Assembly: GCA_028712795.1 (NCBI GenBank)
Contig: JAQTPT010000015.1
Span: 5,619 to 69,618 of the forward strand
Length of the DNA stretch: 64,000 nucleotides
Direction of reading: 5' to 3'
DNA from: Methylococcales bacterium
Lineage (GTDB): Bacteria > Pseudomonadota > Gammaproteobacteria > Methylococcales > Methylomonadaceae
Each line of letters begins with the position of its first letter. Within the stretch, counting starts at the first letter, position 1. Under the pieces are notes generated by a model, which saw nothing but the letters and a program-made list of their open reading frames with translations, searched no databases and was not told the DNA's origin. A program made the translations under genes and the position numbers. Below are positions 46,798 to 55,240 of the stretch, piece after piece.

Positions 46798-48114
46798 ATG
46801 AATTCACAACACTCATTCGTCAGCTGGTTTAGAGACTCATCACCCTACATCCATGCGCATCGCAATAAAACCTTTGTCATTTTTTTTGGCGGGGAAGCGG
46901 TTTTGGCTGATGATTTTGATCATCATGTCCACGATTTTGCTTTACTCAGCAGCCTGGGGATACGCCTGGTTTTGGTTCACGGCATACGCCCGCAGATAGA
47001 CCAGCGTCTTAACAAGCTCAACGCCCCTGCCCTCTTCCATAAACACTTGCGCATTACTGATGACTTGGCGCTGCAATGCGTAAAAGAAGCTGCGGGATTG
47101 GTGCGCGTGGAAATTGAAGCGCTGTTATCCATGGGTCTAGCTAACTCGCCCATGGCGGGAAGCGGGCTTAAAGTGGCTTCCGGCAATTTTGTCACCGCCA
47201 AACCCATCGGGGTGATTGACGGTGTTGACTACTGCCATACCGGAGAAGTTCGCCGGATTGACAGCGCTGCCATTCATCAACAACTCGACCAGAACAATGT
47301 TGTGCTGATCTCGCCCATAGGTTATTCTCCCAGCGGAGAAATTTTTAACCTGTCTGCTGAACAAGTCGCCACGGCGGTTTCAATTGCTTTAAAAGCTGAA
47401 AAACTAATCCTGTTAACGGAGCAAACTTGTTGCAACCCGGAGAACGGTGAGCAAATCCGGCAAATGACCACCGATGAAGCGGCAGCTTTTTTGCACCAAA
47501 ATCAGGATATAGACGAGACTATCAGCCTGCCTCTTAAGGCGGCTATTCAAAGTTGCCGTTCCAAAATTGAGCGTGTTCATTTGATTAACCGAACTATTAA
47601 TGGCGCGCTGTTGCTGGAATTATTTACCCGCGACGGGATCGGGACGCTGATCAGCTCCACGCCTTTTGAAACATTACGCCCGGCCACGTTGAACGATATA
47701 GGCGGCATTCTGGAATTAATCAAGCCCCTGGAACAGCGCGGCATATTAGCCAAACGTTCCCGGGAAAAAATTGAAATGGAAATAGCTGAGTATATTGTTA
47801 TCGAACGGGACGGGTTGATCATTGGCTGCACAGCACTGCATCCTGATGAGCAAGGCCACTTTGGCGCGATTGCCTGCCTTGCTGTCCATCCTGATTATCA
47901 GGGCTCGGCCCGTGGCAATCGCATGCTCGATTATGTCTATCGCAAAGCCGGAAAACTGGGCCTTAAAAAATTATTCGTTTTATCCACGCAAACCATGCAC
48001 TGGTTTATTGAGCGCGGCTTTTTATCGTCGGATATTAGCAGCCTTCCCGACCCGCTCAAGGCGCTTTATAACCCGCAAAGAAACTCAAAAATCCTTTGCA
48101 AGGACATTGAATAA
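46798..48114 (+). CDS. argA: amino-acid N-acetyltransferase (N-acetylglutamate synthase)
   Basis: 438 aa. An N-terminal amino-acid-kinase domain (FVSWFRDSSPYIHAHRNKTFVI) is followed by a C-terminal GNAT domain. Confidence 0.9.
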   Translation: MNSQHSFVSWFRDSSPYIHAHRNKTFVIFFGGEAVLADDFDHHVHDFALLSSLGIRLVLVHGIRPQIDQRLNKLNAPALFHKHLRITDDLALQCVKEAAGLVRVEIEALLSMGLANSPMAGSGLKVASGNFVTAKPIGVIDGVDYCHTGEVRRIDSAAIHQQLDQNNVVLISPIGYSPSGEIFNLSAEQVATAVSIALKAEKLILLTEQTCCNPENGEQIRQMTTDEAAAFLHQNQDIDETISLPLKAAIQSCRSKIERVHLINRTINGALLLELFTRDGIGTLISSTPFETLRPATLNDIGGILELIKPLEQRGILAKRSREKIEMEIAEYIVIERDGLIIGCTALHPDEQGHFGAIACLAVHPDYQGSARGNRMLDYVYRKAGKLGLKKLFVLSTQTMHWFIERGFLSSDISSLPDPLKALYNPQRNSKILCKDIE

Positions 48115-48122
48115 CATCAATC

Positions 48123-48914
48123 ATGGCTCCCCTATTAATATTGCAAATAACAGACCTGCACATACTGCCGGATTTGGACGAAACTTTTCTTGGCGTCAAC
48201 ACCGAACGTTACTTCCATGCCGTTCTTGATCTCGCCTTTACTGAGCCACATCATTTTGATTTGATTCTTGTTACCGGCGACCTGGCTCAAGAACCCTGCG
48301 CGGGGAGCTATCAGCGTATCTTACAAAAGCTTGAAGCCACTAACACACCGTGTATTTGCCTGCCTGGAAATCATGATGATTATGATCTCATGCAGCAGGT
48401 TTTTAATACCCATTGGGTTAACTGCCGCAAACAGGTTTTATTTGAAAACTGGCAACTGATTTGCCTGAATAGCCAAATACCGGAATCTCAAGGAGGCCGC
48501 ATATCAGCACAGGAATTATTGTTTCTAGAAGATTGCCTGACCAGCTATCCAAACCATCACGCGCTGATCGCAGTGCATCATCACTGCCTTGAAACTAAAA
48601 GCCCATGGATGGATACCATGATCATAGAAAACAGCGAGGCGTTTTTGGCAATAACGAAACGCTATCCGCAAGTAAAAGCCATCACTACCGGGCATATCCA
48701 CCAAGTCATGGATATTACTACCGGATCAATCCGCGTCCTGGGCACACCTTCAACGTGCTTTCAATTTACGCCGGAAAGCAACTCCTTTAGTCTGGATACT
48801 ACCGCGCCTGGTTATCGCTCAATAAAACTATACCCGGATGGCAAGATCGAATCGGAAATCACCCGATTAACCGGGCCGTTATTGGGATTGCAAATGGATA
48901 CTCAAGGGTACTAG
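48123..48914 (+). CDS. cpdA: 3',5'-cyclic-nucleotide phosphodiesterase (CpdA-like metallophosphoesterase)
   Basis: Metallophosphoesterase motifs are present: QITDLH, TGDLAQ, GNHD, HHH and TGHIH. Confidence 0.8.
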   Translation: MAPLLILQITDLHILPDLDETFLGVNTERYFHAVLDLAFTEPHHFDLILVTGDLAQEPCAGSYQRILQKLEATNTPCICLPGNHDDYDLMQQVFNTHWVNCRKQVLFENWQLICLNSQIPESQGGRISAQELLFLEDCLTSYPNHHALIAVHHHCLETKSPWMDTMIIENSEAFLAITKRYPQVKAITTGHIHQVMDITTGSIRVLGTPSTCFQFTPESNSFSLDTTAPGYRSIKLYPDGKIESEITRLTGPLLGLQMDTQGY

Positions 48915-48933
48915 ATATGTACATACTTCAAAG

Positions 48934-49935
48934 CTATCTTTTTCTGGATGCATGACTCTTAGGCTCTGGCGCGGCTTTTTTTATGACAGGTTCGTTTCGC
49001 TCAAGCCCTGCGAATTCAAATAGCAAATCCAGCTCTTTATCGGTCAATTCATAAAACGTGCATGCTTTTAGACGTTCCGGTAAAACCACAGGCCCGTAGC
49101 GTACCCGCATTAAGCGGCTAACGACGACTTCCTGGGATTCCCATAAGCGCCTGACCAGCCGGTTACGGCCTTCGCTAACGATAACGTGATACCATTTATT
49201 GGCGCCTTCGCCACCGAAAAAGTGAATTGCATCGAATTTAGCCTTGCCATCCTCAAGCTCTACGCCTTGCTTGAGTTTTTCCAGCGTTGCATCGGATACG
49301 TCACCCAAAATACGCACGGCATATTCACGCTCCACTTCGCTGGACGGGTGCATCAGCCGGTTTGCCAGTTCGCCGTTATTGGTGACCAATAATAATCCAG
49401 ACGTATTGATATCCAGCCTGCCGACAGAAATCCAGCGGGCGGTCGTGAGTGTCGGCAATTGGGTGAACACCACGGGGCGGCCTTCCGGGTCACGGCGCGT
49501 CACCACTTCGCCAGCAGGCTTGTGATAAAGCAATACACGGGTCGGTTGTACGGCAAATTTTTCCCAGTGAACCACCCGTTCATTGAGCTGTAAATAATCA
49601 CCCGCTTTTAACCGGTCACCCAACTTAACAGCAACCCCGTTAAGCTTGAATCGGCCTTCAGCTATCCAGCCCTCAATTTCTCTTCGGGAACCGACACCCC
49701 CCCGCGCCAACACTTTTTGAATGCGCTCGCCCGCGTCCGGCTGTTTGTTGTCCGCATTTTTTGTTGTCTTCGGTTCACTTGGCTGTTTCGGTGAACTACC
49801 CGCCTGTTTGAAGTCCGTTTCTTTCGGCGTATGTCTTTCCTGATTTTTACGCTGTTGTTTCGGCGACTTATTAGTTTTCTTCGGCGAACTGCCCGGCTGC
49901 TTCGATGATGCGTTGGTTGCTTTCTTGCTTTTCAC
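48934..49935 (-). CDS. rluB: 23S rRNA pseudouridine synthase RluB-like, with Lys/Pro-rich N-terminal extension
   Basis: S4 domain (ERIQKVLARGGVGSRREIEGWI) and RsuA/RluB catalytic motif GRLDINTSGLLL. Confidence 0.85.
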   Translation of the reverse strand: MKSKKATNASSKQPGSSPKKTNKSPKQQRKNQERHTPKETDFKQAGSSPKQPSEPKTTKNADNKQPDAGERIQKVLARGGVGSRREIEGWIAEGRFKLNGVAVKLGDRLKAGDYLQLNERVVHWEKFAVQPTRVLLYHKPAGEVVTRRDPEGRPVVFTQLPTLTTARWISVGRLDINTSGLLLVTNNGELANRLMHPSSEVEREYAVRILGDVSDATLEKLKQGVELEDGKAKFDAIHFFGGEGANKWYHVIVSEGRNRLVRRLWESQEVVVSRLMRVRYGPVVLPERLKACTFYELTDKELDLLFEFAGLERNEPVIKKAAPEPKSHASRKR

Positions 49936-50494
49936 TCGTTACCTGTTTATGTGGTTGCGTGTTTTCTATCGACCCGTCAAGATGCAGTATCTCATGCAAA
50001 GCCGGTAGTTCATTTAATGATGTTATATTGAAATAATCCAGAAATTTTTTGGTCGTTCCATATAATCCGGGCCTGCCTGGCACTTCCTTATGCCCCACTA
50101 CCCTCACCCATTCCCGTTCAAGTAACGACTGGATAATACTTGAACTGACACTGACGCCGCGGATATCCTCAATATCGCCGCGCGTCACCGGTTGCCGGTA
50201 GGCAATTATAGCCAGCGTTTCCAGTAACGCCCGTGAATATTTTGGCGGTTTTTCTTCAAACAACCGCGCCACCCAGCGCGACAAATCCTGCTTGATTTGA
50301 AAGCGATAGCCACTAGCGACCTGTTTTAATTCAATAGGGCGAAATCTATAATCCTCGGTAATCGCCTCAATTGCCGCCTGGATCTCCTGTAGCTCCGGCT
50401 GCTCCAGCTCGGGAAAAACTTGCTGGACTTGCCTGGCTGTCATCGGACGCTTGGCAACAAAAAGAATTGCTTCAACTATGCGCTTGGTTTTCAC
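49871..50494 (-). CDS. scpB: SMC-ScpA-ScpB complex subunit ScpB
   Basis: The conserved ScpB core begins at KRIVEAILFVAKRPMT. I propose the GTG start at 50494. The ORF stays open upstream to 50983, overlapping scpA (see findings), so the start is uncertain. Confidence 0.65.
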   Translation of the reverse strand: MKTKRIVEAILFVAKRPMTARQVQQVFPELEQPELQEIQAAIEAITEDYRFRPIELKQVASGYRFQIKQDLSRWVARLFEEKPPKYSRALLETLAIIAYRQPVTRGDIEDIRGVSVSSSIIQSLLEREWVRVVGHKEVPGRPGLYGTTKKFLDYFNITSLNELPALHEILHLDGSIENTQPHKQVTSEKQESNQRIIEAAGQFAEEN

Positions 50495-50699
50495 GTTGAT
50501 ATCAGGTTGTACAGTGACTGGAAAGTTTATAAATAATGGTGTTGGCTTTAACTGTCTATGTCGGGATCTGAGCTTGGCGAAGGGACGAAGCCTAATTGGC
50601 GCTACCGGCAATGCTTCGACAAGGGTCTTCTGTTCGTGGACGAAAGGCTCATGATGGACGGTCGAAGTTAAGTTAACGCTAGTGGGCTTTACCCGTTCT

Positions 50700-51536
50700 T
50701 TAGTTACCTTCTTCGGCGACGGAGAAACCGGCGTTTCTGACTCGTAGTTCGGTAAAGGGTGCTGACTGGATGATTTCGATGAGTCCTTCTTTGCCGAGTT
50801 CAAGGATGGCCAAAAACGAGACAACGACTCCGGGTCGACCTTCTTTTCGGATAAATAATTGCGAGAAAAGGAGACTATCTTTTCCTTTAAGGTTTGCCAA
50901 AATGGTTGCCATTCGTTCACGGACAGATAAAGCTTCTTTGGTAATTTGGTGGTGGCTAATTTGGTCAAGGCGTTTAACGACATCCTGAAATGCCAATAAC
51001 ATATCCCTTAATCGAATGTCCGGTAACGGTTGTTCAACATGCAATGATGATATATCAACCTCTACGGCAAATATATCACGTTCAACCCGGGGCAATAAAT
51101 CTATCTCTTCAGCAGCGGCTTTAATGCATTCATATTCCTGTAACCGGCGGATTAAAGTCGCCCTGGGGTCTTCTTCGTCATCTTCCTGTTCAGACTGTCT
51201 CGGCAATAGCATTCTTGACTTTATTTCCGCCAATAGCGCCGCCATAACCAGATATTCAGCCGCCAGTTCCAGATTTAATTCACCCATTAGTTGAATGTAA
51301 GCGATATATTGATGGGTGATCTGGGCAATGGGTATGTTCACAATATCCAGATTCTGCCTTCTGATCAAATACAGCAATAAATCCAGCGGCCCTTCAAATA
51401 AATCCAGAAACACTTCCAATGCATCCGGTGGAATATAAAGATCATCCGGCAGTTGATTAAAAGGCGCTCCGTTGACTGTTGCGAAGGCTGGCGCTTGCAC
51501 TAAAAAATCAGCGGCGTTTTGAGTCATATCTTGCAA
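50700..51536 (-). CDS. scpA: segregation and condensation protein A (kleisin)
   Basis: 278 aa with the typical ScpA motif FEGPLDLLLYLIRRQNLDIVNIPIAQIT. Confidence 0.85.
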   Translation of the reverse strand: MQDMTQNAADFLVQAPAFATVNGAPFNQLPDDLYIPPDALEVFLDLFEGPLDLLLYLIRRQNLDIVNIPIAQITHQYIAYIQLMGELNLELAAEYLVMAALLAEIKSRMLLPRQSEQEDDEEDPRATLIRRLQEYECIKAAAEEIDLLPRVERDIFAVEVDISSLHVEQPLPDIRLRDMLLAFQDVVKRLDQISHHQITKEALSVRERMATILANLKGKDSLLFSQLFIRKEGRPGVVVSFLAILELGKEGLIEIIQSAPFTELRVRNAGFSVAEEGN

Positions 51537-51602
51537 ATTTAGCGGTTTGTAAAGAGCGCAGCTATTTGGCGATATATGTTGATGCCAGTGTTATCCTTTA
51601 TT

Positions 51603-52073
51603 TTATTCAAAATGCACTTCTTCTGGCCCGATATTTTTGAGCTTAATAACAACAGTTCCAGCTAATTTGTCATGCCAACCCTGCTTACGTTTATCAAAGG
51701 CAATCCAGAAAATGCCTAACATCAAAGGTAGTATTGAGACAAAATAGGCAAAGTATCTGCCAATAAGTTGACCATTTGAAGGTTTTCCTCCTGTGCGCGC
51801 ATCTACTATTTTTGCACCTACAGCCATTTTTCCAGGTGTTGCTTGGTAATAAATCCAAAAAGTTATAACAATAATTGGGAGAACAACATAATTAATAAAA
51901 AAATCCCATATACCAGCAGAAAACGAATCCTTTTCCAAATACGACCAACCATAAATTGCTACTAATAGCGGTAATGTTACAAGTACCTGAAGAAAAATAT
52001 CAATCAACGTAGCACCTACACGCACCCAAAAACCTGCATATTCAAAATCAGATACATTTGTTATTATTGCCAA
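51603..52073 (-). CDS. RDD-family membrane protein
   Basis: 156 aa with three TM segments and the GFWVRVGATLID...R..D pattern. Confidence 0.7.
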   Translation of the reverse strand: MAIITNVSDFEYAGFWVRVGATLIDIFLQVLVTLPLLVAIYGWSYLEKDSFSAGIWDFFINYVVLPIIVITFWIYYQATPGKMAVGAKIVDARTGGKPSNGQLIGRYFAYFVSILPLMLGIFWIAFDKRKQGWHDKLAGTVVIKLKNIGPEEVHFE

Positions 52074-52140
52074 TTTTATTCCTTCCTATTTATTTACAGT
52101 TGATATAACAAAAATAGAATTACAAACATCAGAGCTTAAC

Positions 52141-52800
52141 TTATAACCCGGCAATTGAAAAAAACACTTTCTGGGCGACAAACATCGGATAAGCTAAAAT
52201 CACGCCCAGCAGTTTTGTGTAAAGCAACAACAATAAAATAATAAACCCGTACCGTTCCAGACGATTATATTGCCACGCCCAATAATTCGGTAGCATACCG
52301 GTCAAAATACGGCTGCCGTCCAGCGGTGGAATCGGCAACAAGTTAATCAACGCCAAAACCAGATTAATTGAAATGCCGGCTACGCCGGTATAAATCAACG
52401 GTAGCGAGATGTATTCTGCCCCAGCACCGATGGTAACGCCCAGGCGGGTGATTAATGCCCAAAAAACCGCCATCAACAAATTTGAAACCGGCCCTGCCAA
52501 AGCAACTACGGCCATATCCTTCAAGGGATTTTTAAAATTTCGAGGGTCGACAGGAACCGGTTTTGCCCAGCCAAAAATAAATCCTGTACCCGTAACAAGC
52601 AATAGCCCCGGAAGAATAATGGTTCCAAACCAATCAATATGCTTAACCGGGTTTAAGGTTAAACGGCCCAGATTGGAAGCGGTGTTATCACCGTATTTTT
52701 TTGCCACCCAACCGTGCGCCACTTCATGCACCGTAATCGCAAAAATCACCGGCAGCACCCAAACCGCAATGCGCTGTATTATTGTCAATTCATCCATCAT
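52141..52800 (-). CDS. site-2 protease-family (peptidase M50) membrane metalloprotease
   Basis: HEVAHG zinc motif within a TM helix. I chose the start at 52800 because AGGAG lies upstream and it avoids overlap with yciO. Confidence 0.8.
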   Translation of the reverse strand: MMDELTIIQRIAVWVLPVIFAITVHEVAHGWVAKKYGDNTASNLGRLTLNPVKHIDWFGTIILPGLLLVTGTGFIFGWAKPVPVDPRNFKNPLKDMAVVALAGPVSNLLMAVFWALITRLGVTIGAGAEYISLPLIYTGVAGISINLVLALINLLPIPPLDGSRILTGMLPNYWAWQYNRLERYGFIILLLLLYTKLLGVILAYPMFVAQKVFFSIAGL

Positions 52801-52816
52801 AATGGTATCTCCTCTA

Positions 52817-53440
52817 TTAATCCAGCATGGGGGCAAGGCCTTTGCCCTGTCTGATGATCTCTGCGCCATCACTCGAAAATTCGATCATCGTGGTTTCTTC
52901 GTGCTCAATAATACCCGCATCGATCACTAAATCCAGCTCATGCTCAAGCTTGTTTCTGATGTCGAAAGGATCTGTCATAGCCTCACTTTCTCCAGGCAAC
53001 ACCAGCGTGGAACTAAACAAAGCCTCGCCCAGTTCTTGAAGCAACAATTGCGCAACCGGATGATCGGGAATGCGTATGCCTATGGTTTTTTTCTTGGGGT
53101 GTTGCAACCTGCGCGGCACTTCGCGCGTGGCATCCAGAATAAAAGTAAATGGCCCCGGCGTTAACGCCTTAATGAGCCGATAAGCATCATTACCGATTTT
53201 AGTGAACATTGAAACTTGCGTCAGGTCTTTACACACCAGGGTAAAGTTGTGTTTATCATCTAACTGCCTGATGCGCCGTATCTTATCCAGCGCCTGTTTA
53301 TCGCCGATATGGCAAGCAAGCGCATAAGACGAATCGGTCGGATAAGCAATAACGCCGCCCTTGCGGATAATGTCCACCGCTCGATGAATCAGGCGCAGCT
53401 GCGGATTTTCCGGATGAATTTCAAAAAACTGAGCCATCAT
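52817..53440 (-). CDS. yciO: Sua5/YciO/YrdC-family protein (YciO-like)
   Basis: MAQFFEIHPENPQLRLIHRAVDIIRKGGVIAYPTDSSYALACHIGDK...IRQLDDKHNFTLVCKDL tracks the E. coli YciO N-terminus closely. Confidence 0.85.
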   Translation of the reverse strand: MMAQFFEIHPENPQLRLIHRAVDIIRKGGVIAYPTDSSYALACHIGDKQALDKIRRIRQLDDKHNFTLVCKDLTQVSMFTKIGNDAYRLIKALTPGPFTFILDATREVPRRLQHPKKKTIGIRIPDHPVAQLLLQELGEALFSSTLVLPGESEAMTDPFDIRNKLEHELDLVIDAGIIEHEETTMIEFSSDGAEIIRQGKGLAPMLD

Positions 53441-53609
53441 GACTACTAAATTGAAGTTAAATTATAGCCCATTATACCTTACATCCACATAAGCTTGCAG
53501 TTTGAATACTGGCGATGGCGTTTGAGATGCCGGCAGCGTTAGGGGTTAATTCTTTTTATAAAAAGTTGGGTACAATAGCGGCCAGTGCTATCAAAAACAC
53601 CGATGACCG

Positions 53610-54134
53610 ATGCTGATCAGAATCACACTATTGTTAATGTTCGCTGCATTTGCCCTTTTTTTATCGGCAGACCTGTTGCCATGGCTGGCTGTGACCAGCT
53701 TGACGCGACTGTTGACCCAGCTTGGCATATTAACATTGTTGTCCGCCTTTGCTTTGCTGCTGACAGCTGGATTATTCGTCGTGATAAAGCATGTCATCGC
53801 CGCCTGTTCCGATTACTTTTCCGTCAGGCAGCGCTTACAGCGGCGGCTATGGTTTATTCAATCCAGGCAGGATCAGCTTAAGCAGCTGTTTTACTTCAGA
53901 ACAGTGCAAATCAACTATTTTAGTGACCGCAAAAGAAAACAGCTATTAAGCGCTAATAATCGCAAACACATACAGTCTTTATCCAAAGCCATAGATAAAG
54001 ACTTAAGATCAATGAAACAACAGCTTTCCAAATCAACGTATCTGCAATTGAAAGAAGAAAATGCCCGGTATCGGGATCAGCAAAAAGTTGAGGCTTTATT
54101 AAAATTGCAGCAAAAAATAACCACACTTAATTAA
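53610..54134 (+). CDS. hypothetical membrane protein (two TM helices plus basic coiled-coil tail)
   Basis: 174-aa ORF. No family was recognised. Confidence 0.5.
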   Translation: MLIRITLLLMFAAFALFLSADLLPWLAVTSLTRLLTQLGILTLLSAFALLLTAGLFVVIKHVIAACSDYFSVRQRLQRRLWFIQSRQDQLKQLFYFRTVQINYFSDRKRKQLLSANNRKHIQSLSKAIDKDLRSMKQQLSKSTYLQLKEENARYRDQQKVEALLKLQQKITTLN

Positions 54135-54137
54135 GAA

Positions 54138-54671
54138 ATGACGACTTTTAAAAACCTGATTTTTAATTGGCTTAAGCTTTTTCATTCAGTTAAAGATGAA
54201 AATCTGCAATGGAAAACCACCAATCAGGATCAGCAAATCAAACTAAAACAAGTGCGCGTGCTGGCGGAGAAAAACCTGGAAGCGGAATTAAAAAAGAAAA
54301 GCGTCCAGTTAGCGCATGAAATCACCTTGTTACGGACTAAAAACGACACCGAGTTATCCATGTTTAAAACCCGGTGTAAACAGGACATTAAAGACTATAA
54401 ACAATATTTGGCTTCACTTGATCAGCTCAAGCGCTCAATACAGGCGAGTTATACCCATTTGCCGGAAGCGGTGGCTTTCACAATCCACCATCATGCGAAA
54501 CACTTGTTGAATCAGATGTGGGAAGCCAAAGATTTTGAACAAAAAATGCGGCACGAGATGCAGTTGATTCAATTTATGACAACGGTGCATGAAGATGCCC
54601 GCTTGAATTTGGAAGGCGCAACCACCGGAAAATTGCCGGAAAGGACGCTAAGTTTGATACGAAATAAATAG
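54138..54671 (+). CDS. hypothetical coiled-coil protein
   Basis: 177-aa ORF starting 4 nt after the previous stop. It is Lys/Gln/Glu-rich and helical. No family was recognised. Confidence 0.5.
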   Translation: MTTFKNLIFNWLKLFHSVKDENLQWKTTNQDQQIKLKQVRVLAEKNLEAELKKKSVQLAHEITLLRTKNDTELSMFKTRCKQDIKDYKQYLASLDQLKRSIQASYTHLPEAVAFTIHHHAKHLLNQMWEAKDFEQKMRHEMQLIQFMTTVHEDARLNLEGATTGKLPERTLSLIRNK

Positions 54672-55240
54672 CAAATTACCTGACAGGTTGGGAGTACGAC
54701 GTTTCCGCTACAGAGAGAAGAGCGGTTAAGTCAACCATTGATGTCGATCAAAACAACATTGGCAACTGGAGTAACATTAACAAAACTACGTTAGAAAAAG
54801 ATAATCTTGAGATTCAATTTTGACAATTGGGGTCGAAATGAGTGAAAATACACTTATTTTGATAATAAAATGTAAGGCTTAACATTTTCTCTAAAAATAC
54901 CATGCACTTCACTACGTCCAAAAGTTAAGGCAGCATATTGAAGGGTAATGATGTTTAAGCGGAAGAGAAATTTACGGACTTCGAGAAGTCATTTGAAAAT
55001 TACAACAAAGAAGAATCAATCAAGCTCGTCTCAATTTATTTCGTATATCGCAAACACCAACATTAAACACGCCACAAGGAATGCGATGAAAAAGCTTCCT
55101 TTGAAGGTTTACTACGAAAATCCTTACCCACAAGCCGGCGCTGTTCCTGCAATTGCCCACACCCAGTGATATATCTTCATAAGCGCGTGCCGAAAATCCT
55201 CAAGCTGCTTGCGCGGATTGACTAACAGAATCCCACAAGA

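Noticed and set aside
54948-55169. 73-aa Lys/Ser/Asn-rich ORF in the 570-bp gap upstream of the MMPL gene
   Set aside because: It has no SD, a low-complexity composition, and several short broken frames around it. It is more likely non-coding or decayed sequence than a gene.
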